Below, piece after piece: positions 6,339 to 10,107 of a DNA stretch of 10,107 bases (position 1 is its first letter; each line of letters opens with the position of its first letter). The translations under genes and the position numbers were made by a program. Origin of the DNA: a virus. Its lineage: Duplodnaviria > Heunggongvirae > Uroviricota > Caudoviricetes. Location: the IMG/VR virus record IMGVR_UViG_2675903595_000003. One strand, written 5' to 3'. The notes beneath the pieces are model-generated. The model was not told where the DNA came from. It searched no databases and saw only the letters and a list, made by a program, of their open reading frames with translations.

Positions 6339-6399
6339 GGGGCGGGGCAAATCCCTGTGACCTGACGTCTTCCGGACTGCCCGCCCCATCGTTTTTTTA
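6339..6399 (+). other. GC-rich stem (GGGGCGGG / CCCGCCCC) with 34-nt loop and T7 run; candidate terminator and/or cos packaging site
   Basis: GGGGCGGG (6339-6346) pairs with CCCGCCCC (6381-6388), followed by ATCGTTTTTTT. Sits in the HNH-terS intergenic region, where cos lies in HNH-associated cos phages. Function inferred only. Confidence 0.35.
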
Positions 6400-6437
6400 T
6401 ACCCGCGAAAAATGAAATTTAACCAGGAGTGCCGCAT

Positions 6438-6932
6438 ATGGCTGGAACGGCGGGGCGTTCCGGGCGTCGCCCCAAGCCAACGGCGCGCAAGGCGCTGGCC
6501 GGAAACCCCGGCAAGCGAGCCCTGAACAAAGATGAACCTGTTTTTACGCCCATCAAAGGTGTTGAGCCACCAGAGTGGTTCGCTGAAGAAGATCTCCCTC
6601 TCGCCACGATCATGTGGCAACTGACAACCAAAGAACTCTGCGGTCAGGGCCTGCTGTGCGTGACTGACCTGGCGGTACTTGAGCGGTGGTGCGTGGCCTA
6701 TGAGTTCTGGCGACGTGCCGTGAAAAATATTGCCATACAGGGCAACACCATCACCGGTGCAATGGGCGGCAGGGTCAAAAATCCGGAGCTGACCGCCAAA
6801 AAAGAACAGGAGTCCGAGATGAGCAGCACGGGGGCAATGCTCGGACTCGACCCCAGCAGCCGCCAGCGTCTGATTGGCCTGGCGGGGCAGAAGAAAGCCA
6901 CTAACCCGTTTCTGAAAATTATCGAATCATGA
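6438..6932 (+). CDS. phage terminase small subunit (P27 family)
   Basis: [34 protein letters not shown]... matches the P27-family terS N-terminal signature. AGGAG at 6425-6429 precedes ATG 6438 (GTG 6429 is an alternative start). The stop overlaps the terL start (ATGA). Confidence 0.85.
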   Translation: MAGTAGRSGRRPKPTARKALAGNPGKRALNKDEPVFTPIKGVEPPEWFAEEDLPLATIMWQLTTKELCGQGLLCVTDLAVLERWCVAYEFWRRAVKNIAIQGNTITGAMGGRVKNPELTAKKEQESEMSSTGAMLGLDPSSRQRLIGLAGQKKATNPFLKIIES

Positions 6933-8662
6933 GCCGGAAATCTTACCCCAACGTAAATGCTGCAAATCAGTATGCCCGGGATGTCGTGCGCGGAAAGATT
7001 GTTGCCTGCCAGTTTGTGATTCAGGCCTGCCAGCGCCATCTTGATGACCTGATGGCGGAAAAAAGTAAGTCGTTTCGTTACCGCTTCGACAAGGACCTGG
7101 CTGAACGGGCCGCGAAATTTATTCAGCTGTTGCCGCACACCAAGGGGGAGTGGGCATTCAAACGGATGCCCATCACGCTGGAGCCGTGGCAGCTATTTGT
7201 GATCTGCTGTGCGTTTGGCTGGGTCAATAAAGGCACCCGGTTGCGCCGCTTCCGGGAGGTGTACACCGAAATCCCCCGTAAGAACGGCAAATCAGCAATC
7301 TCTGCCGGTGTTGCCCTGTATTGTTTTGCCTGTGATAACGAGTTTGGCGCGGAAGTGTATTCCGGTGCCACGACAGAGAAACAGGCGTGGGAAGTCTTTC
7401 GCCCGGCGCGACTGATGTGTAAACGCACACCCATGCTGACGGAAGCGTTCGGGATTGAGGTTAACGCCTCAAACATGAACCGTCCGGAGGATGGCGCGCG
7501 GTTTGAACCGCTGATCGGCAACCCAGGTGATGGTTCATCACCCCACTGTGCCGTGGTTGATGAATATCACGAGCATGCCACCGATGCGCTTTATACCACA
7601 ATGCTTACCGGGATGGGGGCGCGACGTCAGCCACTGATGTGGGCCATCACCACCGCCGGGTACAACATTGAGGGGCCGTGCTACGACAAGCGGCGGGAAG
7701 TCATCGAGATGCTCAACGGCTCGGTGCCTAACGATGAACTGTTCGGGATCATCTATACCGTTGATGAAGGTGACGACTGGACCGGCCCGCAGGTGCTGGA
7801 AAAAGCCAATCCAAATATTGGCGTGTCGGTTTATCGCGAATTTTTGTTAAGTCAGCAGCAGCGTGCGAAAAATAACGCCCGTCTGGCAAACGTCTTTAAA
7901 ACAAAACACCTCAATATCTGGGTGTCGGCGCGTTCGGCGTATTTCAACTTGGTGAGCTGGCAGAGCTGCGAGGATAAATCACTGACCCTTGAGCAGTTCG
8001 AGGGGCAGCCGTGCATTCTGGCCTTTGACCTGGCGCGTAAGCTGGATATGAACAGCATGGCGCGACTTTATACCCGCGAGATTGACGGTAAAACGCATTA
8101 CTACAGTGTGGCCCCGCGTTTCTGGGTACCGTATGACACGGTGTACAGCGTCGAGAAAAATGAAGATCGACGGACAGCCGAACGCTTTCAGAAATGGGTG
8201 GAAATGGGCGTTCTGACCGTTACCGATGGTGCGGAGGTGGATTATCGCTACATCCTCGAGGAGGCCAAAGCGGCGAACAAAATCAGCCCGGTCAGTGAGT
8301 CACCCATCGACCCCTTCGGGGCGACCGGGTTGTCACATGACCTTGCTGATGAAGACCTGAATCCCGTCACTATCGTCCAGAACTTCACCAATATGTCCGA
8401 TCCGATGAAAGAGCTGGAAGCAGCGATTGAATCGGGACGTTTTCATCATGACGGCAATCCCATCATGACCTGGTGTATCGGCAACGTGGTCGGCAAAAAC
8501 ATGCCGGGTAACGATGATGTGGTGAAACCCGTCAAAGAGCAGGCGGAAAACAAAATCGATGGTGCAGTTGCGCTGATTATGGCGGTTGGCAGAGCCATGC
8601 TGTACGAGAAAGAAGACACGCTGTCTGACCACATTGAGTCCTACGGGATCCGCTCGCTTTAA
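6929..8662 (+). CDS. phage terminase large subunit (Terminase_1 / HK97-like)
   Basis: 577 aa. Walker A-like ([10 protein letters not shown]), Walker B (CAVVDEYHE), C-terminal nuclease-type region. Coupled to terS. Confidence 0.9.
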   Translation: MSRKSYPNVNAANQYARDVVRGKIVACQFVIQACQRHLDDLMAEKSKSFRYRFDKDLAERAAKFIQLLPHTKGEWAFKRMPITLEPWQLFVICCAFGWVNKGTRLRRFREVYTEIPRKNGKSAISAGVALYCFACDNEFGAEVYSGATTEKQAWEVFRPARLMCKRTPMLTEAFGIEVNASNMNRPEDGARFEPLIGNPGDGSSPHCAVVDEYHEHATDALYTTMLTGMGARRQPLMWAITTAGYNIEGPCYDKRREVIEMLNGSVPNDELFGIIYTVDEGDDWTGPQVLEKANPNIGVSVYREFLLSQQQRAKNNARLANVFKTKHLNIWVSARSAYFNLVSWQSCEDKSLTLEQFEGQPCILAFDLARKLDMNSMARLYTREIDGKTHYYSVAPRFWVPYDTVYSVEKNEDRRTAERFQKWVEMGVLTVTDGAEVDYRYILEEAKAANKISPVSESPIDPFGATGLSHDLADEDLNPVTIVQNFTNMSDPMKELEAAIESGRFHHDGNPIMTWCIGNVVGKNMPGNDDVVKPVKEQAENKIDGAVALIMAVGRAMLYEKEDTLSDHIESYGIRSL

Positions 8663-8673
8663 CTGAGGTAATT

Positions 8674-8856
8674 ATGATCATGCTGATTCTCGCGCCTCTG
8701 GTGGGCGTGCTGGGTGCGCTTTTGCTGGCGTATGGTGCCTGGCTGATTTATCCCCCGGCGGGTTTTGTTGTTGCCGGGGCGCTGTGCCTGTTCTGGTCGT
8801 GGCTGGTGGCGCGATATCTCGACCGTACACGGCAGTCTGTCGGCGGAGGTAAATAG
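8674..8856 (+). CDS. small hydrophobic membrane protein (two predicted TM helices), function unknown
   Basis: 60 aa ([60 protein letters not shown]). GAGGT at 8665-8669 precedes ATG 8674. Stop TAG 8854-8856 overlaps GTG 8856. Confidence 0.55.
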   Translation: MIMLILAPLVGVLGALLLAYGAWLIYPPAGFVVAGALCLFWSWLVARYLDRTRQSVGGGK

Positions 8857-10012
8857 TGTTCTTTTCGGGATTATTTCAACGAAAAAGCGATGTGCCGGTG
8901 ACCACGCCAGCAGAACTGCTGATGCTATCGGGCTGTCATACGACACCTATACCGGAAAGCGGATCAGTAGCCAGCGGGCCATGCGCCTGACGGCGGTCTA
9001 TTCTTGCGTCAGGGTGCTGGCAGAGTCTGTTGGTATGCTGCCCTGCAGTCTCTACAAAATCAGCGGTACCCTGAAAACACGGGCGGTGGATGAACGACTG
9101 CATAAGTTGGTTTCGGCAAAACCTAATGGCTACATGACACCGCAGGAATTCTGGGAGCTGGTTATTGTCTGCCTGTGTCTACGGGGGAATTTTTACGCCT
9201 ACAAGGTAAAGGCACTGGGAGAAGTGGTGGAGCTTCTTCCGATAGATCCGGGCTGTGTGGAACCGAAGCTGAACAGCCAGTGGCAGCCGGTTTATCAGGT
9301 GACGTTTCCGGATGGTTCCGTGGATGTGTTGACCCAGAATGAAATCTGGCATGTGCGCACCCTGACGCTGGATGGACTTGTCGGGCTGAATCCCATTGCG
9401 TATGCGCGTGAGGCCATTTCACTGGCAGCGGCAACCGAGGAGCACGGTGCCAGGTTGTTTAGTAATGGTGCGGTGACATCCGGTGTGTTGCGTACGGAAC
9501 AAAAGCTCACGCCGGATGCTTACGAGCGTCTGAAGAAAGATTTTGAGGAGTGTCACACGGGGCTTGGCAATGCTCACCGCCCGATGATTCTGGAAATGGG
9601 GCTGGACTGGAAGTCGATGGCGCTGAACGCCGAGGACAGTCAGTTCCTGGAAACCCGCAAGTTTCAGCTGGAAGAAATCTGTCGTCTGTTCCGGGTGCCG
9701 TTGCACATGGTGCAGAACACCGATCGCGCCACCTTCAACAATATCGAAGAGCTGGGGCTGGGATTTATCAACTATTCACTGGTGCCGTATCTGACCCGCA
9801 TCGAACAGCGGATCAACACCGGACTGGTACGAAAAAGTAAGCAGGGCGTTTATTACGCCAAATTTAACGCCGGGGCGTTACTGCGCGGGGATATGAAGTC
9901 CCGTTTTGAAGCCTACGCCACCGGGATCAACTGGGGAATTTACTCTTCCAATGACTGCCGCGACCTGGAAGATATGAATCCGCGTCCCGGTGGTGTAATG
10001 CCGATCAGTTAA
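8856..10012 (+). CDS. phage portal protein, HK97 family; N-terminal frameshift (possible pseudogene or sequence error)
   Basis: The portal-like body (TAVYSCVRVLAESVGMLPCSLY ... to stop at 10010-10012) is in frame 2, which has no credible start: the supplied ORF begins at TTG 8765 inside the upstream gene and the first in-frame ATG is 8981. A frame-0 ORF starts at GTG 8856 (GGAGG at 8845-8849, coupled TAGTG) and encodes MFFSGLFQRKSDVPVTTPAELLMLSG... before stopping at 8988-8990. The frames must switch near 8920-8950. Confidence 0.8.
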
Positions 10013-10044
10013 GGATCAGTTGACCGATCCAGTGGCTGTGTAAG

Positions 10045-10081
10045 AATCCGGAAACGCTCACTTGTTTCCGGATTTTTTTAT
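10045..10081 (+). terminator. intrinsic terminator downstream of the portal gene
   Basis: Stem AATCCGGAAAC (10045-10055) / TTTCCGGATT (10065-10074), 9-nt loop, TTTTTTA. Confidence 0.7.
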
Positions 10082-10107
10082 GCACATTGGACAGGCTCTT
10101 GATCTGG

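Noticed and set aside
6216-7521. Minus-strand ORFs overlapping HNH, terS and terL (6216..6620, 6419..6631, 6698..7138, 7123..7521)
   Set aside because: Antisense to strongly supported + strand genes, with no independent signals.
8765-8855. TTG 8765 as the portal start (415-aa ORF as supplied)
   Set aside because: TTG with no RBS, overlapping the upstream membrane-protein gene by 92 nt. The frame-0 GTG 8856 start with GGAGG is far more convincing, which implies a frameshift.
1-10107. CRISPR arrays, rRNA, integrase or att sites, IS elements
   Set aside because: No spacer-repeat periodicity, no rRNA-like segments, no recombinase or transposase ORFs and no terminal inverted repeats flanking a transposase were seen. 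Any of these could still lie inside the masked regions.

Overview
The window is the early-right to late-gene segment of a lambdoid prophage (lambda / phage 21 / DLP12 / 933W-like layout) from an enterobacterial genome, with every credible gene on the + strand. Order: DnaB-type replicative helicase, a small nin-region ORF, RusA resolvase, Q antiterminator, a pR'-like promoter and tR'-like terminator, a self-contained accessory unit encoding an ORF6N-domain protein, a phage tRNA cluster (tRNA-Ile CAU, tRNA-Arg UCU, and the 5' end of a third tRNA), a 463-nt N run, about 560 bp of structured non-coding DNA, the lysis cassette (S21-type pinholin, SAR endolysin, Rz/Rz1, interrupted by a 353-nt N run), an HNH endonuclease, a GC-rich intergenic element that may be cos, terminase small and large subunits, a small membrane protein, and an HK97-family portal gene whose N-terminus is in a different frame from the rest. 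Both N runs fall in the accessory and lysis regions, so the content at the classical cargo position between the tRNAs and the holin cannot be assessed. All calls rest on motif recognition and recalled family sequences; no database search was run.
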